Source: a bacterium (GTDB lineage Bacteria; Elusimicrobiota; Elusimicrobia; Elusimicrobiales; UBA9959). Taken from it: DNA of 64,000 bases. The DNA is taken from positions 325,346 to 389,345 of the forward strand of contig JAJYJH010000001.1 of assembly GCA_021789695.1 (NCBI GenBank), in the 5' to 3' direction. This document shows positions 8,048 to 17,108 of this stretch, piece by piece; the stretch's first letter is position 1; each line of letters starts with the position of its first letter. The notes below the pieces were generated by a model. The model worked only from the letters and a program-made list of their open reading frames with translations. It made no database searches and was not told where the DNA came from. Made by a program: the position numbers and the translations under genes.

Positions 8048-10615
8048 ATGCCCGACCTAGACGACCTGCTCGCCGGCGCAGCCGGCTTATCCTCCGAGGA
8101 GGCCTCGCGGCGCCTTGCCAGGCAAGGTCCCAACGAGCTTCCCTCCCAGAAAAAACAAACGGTGCTGCAGATAGCGGCCGGGGTGTTGAAGGAGCCTATG
8201 CTGCTGCTCTTGCTCGGCGCGGGCGGCGTCTACCTCTTCCTGGGCGGCGTCAAGGACGCGCTGATGCTGCTGACGTTCGTGCTGGCCGTCATCGCCCTCA
8301 CCTTCTACCAGGAGCGCAAGACCGAGAACGCGCTGGCGGCCCTGCGCGGACTGGCCAGTCCGAGAGCCCTGGTCATACGCGACGGCGCCCGCAGGCGGAT
8401 AGCCGGCCGGGACGTCGCGCGCGGTGATCTGATCCTGCTCGCCGAAGGGGACCGCGTGCCCGCGGACTCGGTGGTGCTGGCCGAGACTAACCTGCGGGCG
8501 GACGAATCGCTGCTGACCGGGGAATCGGCCCCTGTCTCCAAATCCGCCTGGGATGGGAGTTCCCCGCAGGCGCGCCCCGGCGGAGACGGGCAGCCCTTCG
8601 TCTACTCCGGTTCGCTGGTCGTCCAGGGACGCGCCCTTGTGCGGGCGGAGGCCACTGGCCCCCGCTCGGAGATGGGCAGGATAGGCAAGGCCCTGGCCGA
8701 GATAACCAGGGAGGACTCGCCCCTGGAGACGGAAATCTCAAGGGCGGTCCGAAGGCTTACGCTGTTCGGGGCTGCCTTCTGCGCCTCGCTGGTGCTGATC
8801 TACGGGCTGGCGCGCGGGGGTTGGCTGAAGGGCGTGCTCTCCGGCCTTACGCTGGGGATGGCCCTGCTGCCGGAGGAATTCCCGGTCATCATGGTAGTCT
8901 TCTTTACCATAGGCGCCTGGCGCATCTCGCGCAAGAACGTGTTGACGCGCCGTCCGCGCGCGATAGAGGCGATGGGCTCCGTGACGGTGCTCTGCTCCGA
9001 CAAAACCGGCACCATAACGCTCAACTCGATGACGCTGCGGGAACTTTGGACCCGGTCCGCGGGAGCCTGCGTACTGGAGGGCACCGAGCCCGGCCTGCCG
9101 GAGGAGTTCCACTCCCTGGCCGAATACGCCATACTTGCCAGCCAGCAGGACCCCTTCGACCCCATAGAGAAAGCCCTTAAGAAGGCCGGGGCCTCCTGCC
9201 TGCAGGGGACCGAGCATCTGCATTCCGACTGGAAAATCGTGCGCGAATATCCGCTCTCCAAGAAGCTCCTTTCGCTGGCCCACGCCTGGGAGTCCCCGGA
9301 CCAGACGCGCTACCTGGTGGCCGCCAAGGGCGCCCCGGAGGCGATAATAGACCTGTGCCACATATCCGACGCCGGCGCGCAAGAGGTCATGCGCGCCGTT
9401 TCGGATATGTCCGCGCGCGGCCTAAGGGTGCTCGCTGCGGCCAGGGCCTACTCCGCCAAGGACGGGCTGCCGGAAGAGCAACACGCCCTGGATTTTGAGT
9501 TCGCCGGCTTGGTAGCCTTCCTGGACCCGGTCAGGCCCGGGGTGCCGGACTCGGTAAGGGAGGCGCGCGCTGCCGGCATACGAGTGGTAATGATAACGGG
9601 GGATTACCCCGGCACGGCCTCCTGCATAGCCGGGGAGATAGGCCTCGAGAATCCCGGCGACGTGATAACCGGCCCCGAGCTGGCCGCGATGACGGCGGAG
9701 CAGTTGCGTGAGCGCATCGGCGGGGTCAGCGTCTTTGCAAGGGTGGCGCCGGAGCAGAAGCTGGCCATAGTCACGGCCCTGAAGGCTAACGGCGAGATAG
9801 TGGCCATGACCGGGGACGGCGTCAACGACGCCCCGGCGCTGAAGGCGGCGCACATAGGCATAGCGATGGGCGAGCGCGGTACCGATGTGGCGCGCGAAGC
9901 GTCCGCGCTGGTGCTGATGGACGACGATTTCTCGAGCATCGTCCACGCGATACGCCTGGGACGCAGGATCTTCGACAACCTTAAGAAGGCGGTGGCCTAT
10001 ATTCTCTCGGTACACGTGCCGATAGCCGGTATGTCGCTGCTCCCGGCGCTCTTCGGCCTTCCGGCGGTGCTGCTGCCGGCCCATATAGCCTTCCTGGAGC
10101 TTATAATAGACCCGGCCTGCTCGGTGGTCTTCGAGGCCGGGCGGGAGGAAAAGGATATAATGCAGCGCCCACCGCGCGATCCTGTGGCCCCGCTCTTCTC
10201 CAGGCCGCTTGTCGGGCTGAGCCTGCTGCAGGGGGGCAGCGTGCTGGCTGTGGTCTTCGCGATCTTTATGCTCTCGCTGAGACTCGGACAGACCGAGGCG
10301 GAAGCCCGGGCGCTTTCCTTCACCGCGCTGGTGTTCGCCAACCTGATGCTGATAATAACCAATCTTTCCTGGAAGGACGGCTTCCTCGGCGTGCTGCGCG
10401 GCTCAAGCTCCACACTATGGTGGGTCTGCGGCGGCGCGCTGGGGGTGCTGGCCGCGGTTCTGTACGTACCGTTCTTCAGGGAGCTCTTCCACTTCGGCGT
10501 GATGCACGGGGACGACCTGGTCTACGCTCTGGCCGGAGGGGTGGTGAGCCTGGCCTGGTTCGAGGCGCTGAAAGCCCTCAAAAGATACCGGGCGGCTCCG
10601 GCCGCCATATCCTGA
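8048..10615 (+). CDS. Cation-translocating P-type ATPase (P2-type, Ca2+/Mg2+-like)
   Basis: 855 aa with the Cation_ATPase_N-like start (LSSEEASRRLARQGPNEL), CSDKTGTITLN phosphorylation site, MITGDYPGTA and TGDGVNDAPALK. Confidence 0.95.
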   Translation: MPDLDDLLAGAAGLSSEEASRRLARQGPNELPSQKKQTVLQIAAGVLKEPMLLLLLGAGGVYLFLGGVKDALMLLTFVLAVIALTFYQERKTENALAALRGLASPRALVIRDGARRRIAGRDVARGDLILLAEGDRVPADSVVLAETNLRADESLLTGESAPVSKSAWDGSSPQARPGGDGQPFVYSGSLVVQGRALVRAEATGPRSEMGRIGKALAEITREDSPLETEISRAVRRLTLFGAAFCASLVLIYGLARGGWLKGVLSGLTLGMALLPEEFPVIMVVFFTIGAWRISRKNVLTRRPRAIEAMGSVTVLCSDKTGTITLNSMTLRELWTRSAGACVLEGTEPGLPEEFHSLAEYAILASQQDPFDPIEKALKKAGASCLQGTEHLHSDWKIVREYPLSKKLLSLAHAWESPDQTRYLVAAKGAPEAIIDLCHISDAGAQEVMRAVSDMSARGLRVLAAARAYSAKDGLPEEQHALDFEFAGLVAFLDPVRPGVPDSVREARAAGIRVVMITGDYPGTASCIAGEIGLENPGDVITGPELAAMTAEQLRERIGGVSVFARVAPEQKLAIVTALKANGEIVAMTGDGVNDAPALKAAHIGIAMGERGTDVAREASALVLMDDDFSSIVHAIRLGRRIFDNLKKAVAYILSVHVPIAGMSLLPALFGLPAVLLPAHIAFLELIIDPACSVVFEAGREEKDIMQRPPRDPVAPLFSRPLVGLSLLQGGSVLAVVFAIFMLSLRLGQTEAEARALSFTALVFANLMLIITNLSWKDGFLGVLRGSSSTLWWVCGGALGVLAAVLYVPFFRELFHFGVMHGDDLVYALAGGVVSLAWFEALKALKRYRAAPAAIS

Positions 10616-10656
10616 GCTCTGGTCCGTTCCGTGTTCGAGGGGCCCTCGCACATTGG

Positions 10657-10662
10657 TATAAT
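10657..10662 (+). promoter_or_regulatory. -10 hexamer TATAAT (TGgTATAAT), 6 nt upstream of ATG 10669
   Basis: Sequence cattgGTATAATttgtccATG, with no SD in the spacer. Confidence 0.45.
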
Positions 10663-10668
10663 TTGTCC

Positions 10669-11187
10669 ATGAGGACGACCATGGTCCTGCTGCTCTGCCT
10701 TTCCGCCGCCGCGCGCGCGGCGGCCGGGGACAGGGTTTCCAGTCTGGAGAGACGCGTCGGCACCGTGGAAGTACGGGTGGGCGCTCTGGAAAAGCGCGTA
10801 ACCAGGCTGGAGGAAAGCCGGGCTGTATCCGCCCTGCGCGCTTCAGGCCCGGCCGCCCGGGCGCAGACGGCAGAGCCCATAGCCGTGACTTTACTTAAGA
10901 AGGAAGAGCTTATCGGACAGGAAAGGGCCGGGATAAGGCTTCAACTGGAATTCAGGAACCTGGCCAGCCGCGATCTGGTCGCCTTCAGCGGGATACTCGT
11001 CTTCAGGAACGAGAAAGGCGCCGTCATCTGGACCAAGCCTTTCGCCTACAGCGAGCCCTTCGCCGCCGGGCACAGGCTTCAGGCCGCGGTCGGCCTGCTT
11101 ACCAACGAGCCCAAGACCTACCTGAAGTTCGTCAAAGCCAAGACCGTGACGGCGACCTTCGTCAAGCAGGAAGTTTACGAGCAATAG
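10669..11187 (+). CDS. Secreted hypothetical protein with N-terminal coiled coil
   Basis: I trimmed the 10417 ORF to ATG 10669. It has a signal peptide MRTTMVLLLCLSAAARAAAG and heptad-like SSLERRVGTVEVRVGALEKRVTRLEE. I recognise no family. Confidence 0.6.
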   Translation: MRTTMVLLLCLSAAARAAAGDRVSSLERRVGTVEVRVGALEKRVTRLEESRAVSALRASGPAARAQTAEPIAVTLLKKEELIGQERAGIRLQLEFRNLASRDLVAFSGILVFRNEKGAVIWTKPFAYSEPFAAGHRLQAAVGLLTNEPKTYLKFVKAKTVTATFVKQEVYEQ

Positions 11188-11192
11188 CCGCG

Positions 11193-11666
11193 CTAGCGGG
11201 GAAACCTGAGGCCGGGGAATTTCTTCAGCACGGCCGGGGTGATCCTGAGGCGGTACCAGTGGGCGGTGGCCGGGGTGCACTTCTTTTCGTTATCACAGAC
11301 CATCCTGAAGCCGAACCTGACGTGGCAGCAGGCGGTGACCAGGTTGCCGTCCTCGCAGGTGTACCACACTTCCCTTGCCCCGCGGGAGAGGGCGTAGTGT
11401 ATGCGGGCCTCGGTCAGGGCCTTGGCTATGCCGCGCTCCCGAAATTCCGGTTTGACCCTCAGCCCGTCCATCACCCAGCGCCCGTCCTCTAAATAGATCA
11501 CGCTGTGCCCGGCAATCTCGTCCCCGGAGTAGGCCGCGAAGTAGGCGTGGTCGAGGCCGGCTACGTTCTTGACCTCGCAACCGGAATAGAAGGCGCTGAA
11601 ACGCGTCTTCCATTCTCCGCTTTCTTTCAGGACCCTGCGTATGGATATGCCTGGCGGAACCTTCAT
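11193..11666 (-). CDS. GNAT family N-acetyltransferase
   Basis: 157 aa with motif A-like RVKPEFRERGIAKALTEARIHYALSRGA. Confidence 0.75.
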   Translation of the reverse strand: MKVPPGISIRRVLKESGEWKTRFSAFYSGCEVKNVAGLDHAYFAAYSGDEIAGHSVIYLEDGRWVMDGLRVKPEFRERGIAKALTEARIHYALSRGAREVWYTCEDGNLVTACCHVRFGFRMVCDNEKKCTPATAHWYRLRITPAVLKKFPGLRFPR

Positions 11667-11785
11667 ATCAGGAAGATTATACAGAAATAGCCTTCCCCCG
11701 CCATCGGCCTAAAGGCCCGGTCAGACAAGGGTCTAAAGGCCGTGAAGAAGGCCGCCCTGGCGGCCTTCAGAAGCGCGTAGCGGGT

Positions 11786-13054
11786 TCAGCGGCGCCTGCG
11801 GCCACCGCCGCCTGAGGGGCGGCGCGAGGCGCGCTGGTTCCAGCCGCGGTTGGTCGCCGCGTGGTTGTAGCCCCAGAGGGTCTCGGCAGGCACGTCGGGA
11901 TGCGTGACCTGGGTCATCGGTATGGCGGTGAGGGTCTCTATGCTGCGGACGTCGCCGCCCTGCTCTGGCATCGCGAAGGTCACCGCGCGGCCGGGCTGGC
12001 CGGCGCGGCCGGTGCGGCCTATGCGGTGCACGTAGGCGTCGTCCTCGGAGGGCATTTCGTAGTTGACCACGAGTTCTATGCCAGTGACGTCTATGCCGCG
12101 GGCTGCGATGTCGGTGGCCACCATGATGCGGTATTTACCGTTCTTGAAGCCCTCCATAGCCTCCTTGCGCTGGCCCATACTGCGGTCGGAGTGCAACTCC
12201 GCCACCGGGTAGCCGGCGTAACTGAGGAAGCCCGCCACTTTCATCGCGTCGTAACGGGTCTCGACGAAGACCAGCACGGTGCCGGTATACTTCTCCAACA
12301 GCTTCATCAGCAGCATCGGCTTGGAGCCGGAGCGCACAACATAGAGCTCCTGCACCACGTTCTGCGCCGCCGTGCCGGACCGGGCGACCTCTATTCGGAT
12401 GGGCAGTTTCATGTGCTGGCTGGCGAGTTTCATGACCTCGTCGGGGATAGTGGCCGAGAACAGCATGGTCTGGCGCTGCGTGGGCAGCTGGCGGATTATG
12501 CGGTTGATCTGCGGCGCGAAGCCCATATCGAACATACGGTCGGCCTCGTCGAGCACCAGGATGCGCGCGTCGTGGACCTTCAGCGCGCCGCGCTCCATGT
12601 GGTCGTAGACGCGGCCGGGGGTGCCGATGATGATGCGCGCCTTGCGATGCAGGTCGCGCAGCTGGCCCTCCTTGCCCTCGCCGCCTATCAGGCACGCGAC
12701 GCCCATTCCGAAGGCGGGCGCGAAGTCGCGGCAGACCTCCGCGACCTGCATCGCGAGCTCGCGGGTGGGCAGCAGCACGACGGCCTTGCCTGGCCCCTGG
12801 GCCAGGCGCTGGATCATCGGAATCGAGAACGCGATGGTCTTGCCGGTGCCGGTCTGGGCAATGCCGACCATGTCCTTGCCTTCGGTGGCCATCGGTATCG
12901 ACTTGGCCTGTATCGGGGTGGGCTGCACGAAGCCCTTCTTGTCCAGTATGTCCATGAGTTTCGGGGCGATGCCGAGCCCGTAAAAGCCGGACTTCTTCTT
13001 TAGGCCGAGGACGTGCATAGCCTTGGTCCCTATTTTCGTGAGCAGTCGTTTCAT
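11786..13054 (-). CDS. rhlE: DEAD-box ATP-dependent RNA helicase (RhlE-like)
   Basis: Q motif GFVQPTPIQ, AQTGTGKT, VLDEAD, SAT, HRIGRTGRAG and an Arg/Gly-rich tail SGGGGRRRR. Confidence 0.93.
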   Translation of the reverse strand: MKRLLTKIGTKAMHVLGLKKKSGFYGLGIAPKLMDILDKKGFVQPTPIQAKSIPMATEGKDMVGIAQTGTGKTIAFSIPMIQRLAQGPGKAVVLLPTRELAMQVAEVCRDFAPAFGMGVACLIGGEGKEGQLRDLHRKARIIIGTPGRVYDHMERGALKVHDARILVLDEADRMFDMGFAPQINRIIRQLPTQRQTMLFSATIPDEVMKLASQHMKLPIRIEVARSGTAAQNVVQELYVVRSGSKPMLLMKLLEKYTGTVLVFVETRYDAMKVAGFLSYAGYPVAELHSDRSMGQRKEAMEGFKNGKYRIMVATDIAARGIDVTGIELVVNYEMPSEDDAYVHRIGRTGRAGQPGRAVTFAMPEQGGDVRSIETLTAIPMTQVTHPDVPAETLWGYNHAATNRGWNQRASRRPSGGGGRRRR

Positions 13055-13065
13055 ATGTTCTCTAT

Positions 13066-13071
13066 ATTATA
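13066..13071 (-). promoter_or_regulatory. -10 hexamer TATAAT (minus strand), 11 nt upstream of rhlE ATG 13054
   Basis: Minus strand reads gacTATAATatagagaacatATG. There is no clear SD. Confidence 0.4.
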
Positions 13072-13134
13072 GTCATTTTCTCCCGTCTTGCCGAAGGGGC
13101 TCTCCCTCCGGCCGGACGCAGCGGAAGGATATTT

Positions 13135-14538
13135 TCAGTTAAGATTGAAGGTGTCCCCGAGCAAAGGGCACTTGACGCCGCGGACGCCGGCCGCCGCGAG
13201 GGCGGCGGAGAGGGAACTGCGGGCCTCAGGATCGCCGTGCACCAGAAAAACGCCGCGCGCGGGCTTGACGGCCCCGATAAAAGAGACCAGGTCGTTCCTG
13301 TCGGCGTGCGACGAGAAACTGTGCAGTGTCTCCACCCGCGCCCAGACCTCGTGCTCAATGCCGAAGATCCTCACCTTCTTCTGGCCATCCTGCAAGCGGC
13401 GCCCAAGGGTACCCTGCGCCTGGTAGCCCACGAGGAGTATAGTGGTGTTCTCCCTGTCTATCGAGTTGCGCAGGTGGTGCAGGATGCGCCCGCCTTCGCA
13501 CATACCCGAGGCCGAAATGATCACCATCGGACCTTTCCTGCCGTTGAGGGCCTGAGATTCCTCTTTGCTTCGCACGTAGCGGATGAAGTCAAAACCGAAC
13601 GGGTCCCCGTCGGCGCGGGCGTAATCTCGGAAATTATGGTTGAAACAGAGGCCGTCCCTGTGCCTGTTAAAGATCTCGGTAAGGCTGACGGCCATAGGGC
13701 TATCCACGTAGACCGGCACCTCCGGCAGGGCCCCTTCGTGGCGCAACTTGTCCAGAATCAGCACTATCTCCTGTGTGCGCTCCAGCGCGAAACTAGGGAT
13801 GATGACCCGGCCCTCCTCCCTGACCGCCCGGAGTATCACCTCGGCCAGCCTGCCGGAGGCGTCGGCGAGGGGCTCGTGCAGGCGGTCGCCATAGGTGCTC
13901 TCTATGACCAGGTAATCCACCCCGGCGGGCGCGGCCGGCGTCTCGAGCAGCAGCGTCTCCTCCCGGCCGAGGTCTCCGGTGTAGAGAATCCGGCGTGGCC
14001 CGCCCTCGGTGCGGACGTCCAGCCGCACCATCGAAGAGCCTAGGACGTGGCCGGCGTTGAGGAAAGAGGCGGAAACCCCGGGCAGCGGCGCGAAGGTCTC
14101 GCCGTACCCGGCCTGCCTGAAATGTGTTCCGGCCAGCGCGGCGTCCCGCTCGTCGTAGAGCGGTTCGATGGCCAGGTTCTCCGCGGCATGGACCTTATTG
14201 TAGAACCTGGCGTCCCCCTCCTGCAGACGGGCCGAATCCGCCATCATGATGGCGGCTATCTCCGCCGTGGCCGGCGTTGCGTAGAGCGGGGCCGCGCACC
14301 CTTTCCTGTAGAGCAGCGGCATAAGCCCGCAGTGGTCCACGTGGGCGTGGGTCAGCAGGGCCGCGCCCACCGAGGCCGGTTCGAAGCTGAACGTGCGGTT
14401 CTTGGAGTCCGCGTCCGTGCGATGGCCCTGGAACAGGCCGCAGTCCAGCAGCAAAGTTCCGAAGGGAGTAGCCAGCAGGTGCCTGGAGCCGGTCACCTCC
14501 CCCGCCGCGCCGTAAAACGAGATCTTAAAGTCGCCCAT
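13135..14538 (-). CDS. Metallo-beta-lactamase/beta-CASP family ribonuclease
   Basis: THAHVDHCG (HxHxDH), SGMCEGGRILHHL and FSSHADRNDL are beta-CASP motifs. I chose start ATG 14538, preceded by AGGAAAG; the track start at 14583 is less likely. Confidence 0.85.
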   Translation of the reverse strand: MGDFKISFYGAAGEVTGSRHLLATPFGTLLLDCGLFQGHRTDADSKNRTFSFEPASVGAALLTHAHVDHCGLMPLLYRKGCAAPLYATPATAEIAAIMMADSARLQEGDARFYNKVHAAENLAIEPLYDERDAALAGTHFRQAGYGETFAPLPGVSASFLNAGHVLGSSMVRLDVRTEGGPRRILYTGDLGREETLLLETPAAPAGVDYLVIESTYGDRLHEPLADASGRLAEVILRAVREEGRVIIPSFALERTQEIVLILDKLRHEGALPEVPVYVDSPMAVSLTEIFNRHRDGLCFNHNFRDYARADGDPFGFDFIRYVRSKEESQALNGRKGPMVIISASGMCEGGRILHHLRNSIDRENTTILLVGYQAQGTLGRRLQDGQKKVRIFGIEHEVWARVETLHSFSSHADRNDLVSFIGAVKPARGVFLVHGDPEARSSLSAALAAAGVRGVKCPLLGDTFNLN

Positions 14539-15061
14539 GCTTTCCTTCCTTTCGGCGGGCCGCGTATCCGGACAGCGGCCCACTGGTCTTGCGCAGCAGC
14601 AGTTCGCCGGCGCCTTTGATGATAAAATCTCCGAGAAGACCGGCCTTCTCGTAGCCGTGCCGCGAGTAAAAACGCCTGGCCTCCCGGTTGAACGAGGAAA
14701 CGCAGAGGAAGACGTTAGGAGAAGAACGGAAGATGCGGTCTTCGGCGAAACGCAAGAGCCCTTCCCCGATTCCGCGGCCGCGGAAGCCGTCCGGCACGAA
14801 CAACGTCTGGATGTACCCGCCCAGCGGCCACGCCATGTTCAAGGTGACGTGGCCAGCGTAGCCGCCCCGCAGGCGCGCAACGTAGGTCTCGCGGTACGGA
14901 GCATCAAGCCCGGCGCGGCAGGCCCTGAAACCAAGCCCAAGCCTGCGCCAAGGATCGGAGGCCGCCATCATGGCGGCGGCCTCGCGGCGCCCCGCCTCAG
15001 AGACCAGCTTGCGTATCTGCATGCCGCCATAATCATACAAAATTCGTTCCGCCGGAGGCAT
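14525..15061 (-). CDS. GNAT family N-acetyltransferase
   Basis: Motif A FVPDGFRGRGIGEGLLRFAE. The start is uncertain (ATG 15061 or ATG 15022). The track's longer 15229 start would run antisense into the kinase gene. Confidence 0.7.
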   Translation of the reverse strand: MPPAERILYDYGGMQIRKLVSEAGRREAAAMMAASDPWRRLGLGFRACRAGLDAPYRETYVARLRGGYAGHVTLNMAWPLGGYIQTLFVPDGFRGRGIGEGLLRFAEDRIFRSSPNVFLCVSSFNREARRFYSRHGYEKAGLLGDFIIKGAGELLLRKTSGPLSGYAARRKEGKHGRL

Positions 15062-15080
15062 ATTTGCTAGACTCCAGCTT

Positions 15081-16388
15081 ATGGCAGAGGCCAAGCGCCG
15101 CCGGAAGAGCATACTCCCCCCCGAACAGGCGATGCACGCGCTGCACCCGAAGGTGCCGCGCATCGAGGTCATCCACGCCTTGCGCGAACGCGTCAAGGAG
15201 CTCACCGCCCTGCACTCCACCGTCTGCATACTGCAGAACGACGAACTTCCGGCGCGCGAGGTGCTGGACCGGGTCGTCCGGCTGATTCCGCCAGCCTGGC
15301 AGTACCCGGAGATAACCGCGGCCAGGATAACTTTCGGAAAGATTGAGAGCCGAACCCCCCGGTTCCGCCGCAGCCCGTGGCTCCAGGCCTGCTCGTTCAG
15401 TGTCAGCCCGGCCGAAGCCGGCCGTATAGAGATTTACTACCTCAGGAAGATGCCGAAGGAAGCGGAGGGTCCGTTCCTCGCCGAGGAACGCAACCTGATA
15501 AACTCGCTGGCCGACATGCTGCGCGTCTACTTCGAGCGCCGCCTGGCCTCGAAGGCCCTGCTGGACGCCCACAACGACCTGGAGCGCCGCGTGAAGGAGC
15601 GCACCGCCGAACTGGAAAAACTCAACGCCGCGCTCAAGGCCGAGGTGCGCGAGCGCGAACTGCGCCAGAAGGAGATTCTCTCCTACCAGGAGAAACTTCG
15701 CGGTCTCTCCGCCGAGCTGATACTGACAGAGGAGCGGGAGCGCCGCGAGATAGCCACCGACCTGCACGACGTGATAGGCCAGACGCTGGCCCTGGCCAAG
15801 ATGCGGGCGGGCGCGCTGCGCGCGCACTACGGCGCGCCGGGGATGGCCGCCGAGCTCAAGGACCTCTACGGTTTCATTGATGAGGCCATCACGGCCACCC
15901 GCAGCCTCACCTTCCAGCTGGCCTCGCCGATACTCTATGAGTTCGGTCTGGAGAGCGCCCTCGAACGGCTGGCCGAGGACATACACCGGAGGCACGGTCT
16001 GAGGGTCTCGTTCCGCAGCGACGGCAAGGTCAAGCCGCTGCCGACCGAGACCAGCGTAATGATCTTCAAAGCGGTACGCGAGCTCCTGATAAACGCGGTA
16101 AAGCATTCCGGGGCCGGCAAGGTGACCGTAGGTGTGCGGCGCACCCTGGACCGAGTCGTGGTGACCGTCCGCGACGATGGACGCGGCTTTGACGCCGGCT
16201 CCGCCTCTGCCTACGACGGGCGCCATGGCGGCTTCGGGCTGTTCTCCATCAGGGAGAAGGTCTCGCACCTCGGCGGCGCGTTCCGCCTGAGTTCGCGGCG
16301 CGGCGGCGGGACGCTGGCCGTGGTCACCGCCCCCCTCGGCAAGGACGATAAGAATGGAAAAAAAGATACTTATCTGCGACGACCATAA
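15081..16388 (+). CDS. Soluble sensor histidine kinase (HisKA_3/NarX-type) with an uncharacterised N-terminal sensor module
   Basis: H-box ATDLHDVIGQTL, N-box LLINAVKHSGA, DDGRGF and GGFGL. No TM segment is visible. The N-terminus carries KELTALH...PPAWQYPEITAARI...EGPFLAEERNLINSLAD. Confidence 0.9.
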   Translation: MAEAKRRRKSILPPEQAMHALHPKVPRIEVIHALRERVKELTALHSTVCILQNDELPAREVLDRVVRLIPPAWQYPEITAARITFGKIESRTPRFRRSPWLQACSFSVSPAEAGRIEIYYLRKMPKEAEGPFLAEERNLINSLADMLRVYFERRLASKALLDAHNDLERRVKERTAELEKLNAALKAEVRERELRQKEILSYQEKLRGLSAELILTEERERREIATDLHDVIGQTLALAKMRAGALRAHYGAPGMAAELKDLYGFIDEAITATRSLTFQLASPILYEFGLESALERLAEDIHRRHGLRVSFRSDGKVKPLPTETSVMIFKAVRELLINAVKHSGAGKVTVGVRRTLDRVVVTVRDDGRGFDAGSASAYDGRHGGFGLFSIREKVSHLGGAFRLSSRRGGGTLAVVTAPLGKDDKNGKKDTYLRRP

Positions 16389-16998
16389 GCTCTTCCGCGA
16401 GGGCCTGCGCGCGCTGCTAGCCGGACAGCCCGGCGTGAAGGTGGTGGGCGGGGCCCGCGACGGAGAGGAGGCAGTCCGCCTGGCGCGCGAGCTCTCTCCC
16501 GACATCGTTATCATGGACATCACGATGCCGGGCCTCAACGGCCTAGAGGCCGCTCGCAAGCTGGCGAAAGTAAAAAAATCGGCCAGGGTGATAGCCCTTT
16601 CGATGCATAACGACCGGAAGTACGTCACCGAGATATTCAAAGCCGGAGCGCGCGCCTACCTGCTGAAGGATTCCGCCTTCGAAGAACTGATGGACGCCAT
16701 AAAGACCGTTAGTTGCGGCCGCTACTTCCTGAGCGCCGGAATCGCTGATCTGGTGCTGGGAGACTTCATCAAGGCCCCCCAGCGCGAGAAGAGCGCGTTC
16801 ACGCTGCTCTCCTCGCGCGAACGCGAGGTGCTGCAGCTGCTCGCCGAGGGCCTGCGCACCAAGGAAATCTCGCAAAAACTCTCGCTCAGCGTTAAGACCA
16901 TAGAAACCCACCGCAAGCGGATCATGGAAAAGCTCGGCATCCAGAGCATCGCGGGCCTTACCCGCTACGCGGTCAAGGAAGGCATAGTCGGCCTCTAG
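16354..16998 (+). CDS. NarL/LuxR-family response regulator
   Basis: Receiver domain (ILICDDHKLFREGL, DIVIMDITMPGLNG) plus a LuxR HTH (LSSREREVLQLLAEGLRTKEISQKLSLSVKTIETHRKRIMEKLG). It overlaps the kinase stop by 35 nt. Confidence 0.95.
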   Translation: MEKKILICDDHKLFREGLRALLAGQPGVKVVGGARDGEEAVRLARELSPDIVIMDITMPGLNGLEAARKLAKVKKSARVIALSMHNDRKYVTEIFKAGARAYLLKDSAFEELMDAIKTVSCGRYFLSAGIADLVLGDFIKAPQREKSAFTLLSSREREVLQLLAEGLRTKEISQKLSLSVKTIETHRKRIMEKLGIQSIAGLTRYAVKEGIVGL

Positions 16999-17055
16999 GG
17001 TTTTTCCCCCTCGCGCCTAAGGGATTCCCCGATACAGCGCTCCTCCGTCAAACTC

Positions 17056-17096
17056 TATAATGGATAGAAAGCGCTGCGTCAACGCGCTCTATTCCA
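17056..17096 (+). promoter_or_regulatory. amtB promoter region: -10 TATAAT plus imperfect inverted repeat
   Basis: TATAAT lies at 17056-17061. TGGATAGAAAGCGC (17061-74) and CGCGCTCTATTCCA (17083-96) are imperfect inverted partners. SD GGAGGA precedes ATG 17109. Confidence 0.4.
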
Positions 17097-17108
17097 CGGA
17101 GGACAACT

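Noticed and set aside
15033-16640. 535-aa minus-strand ORF
   Set aside because: It is antisense to the histidine kinase and response regulator, which carry complete H, N and G boxes and receiver/HTH motifs.
17040-17108. Sigma-54 promoter upstream of amtB
   Set aside because: The only TGG...TTG arrangement (TGGAATAGAGCGCGTTGAC) is on the wrong strand and has the wrong GG-to-GC spacing.
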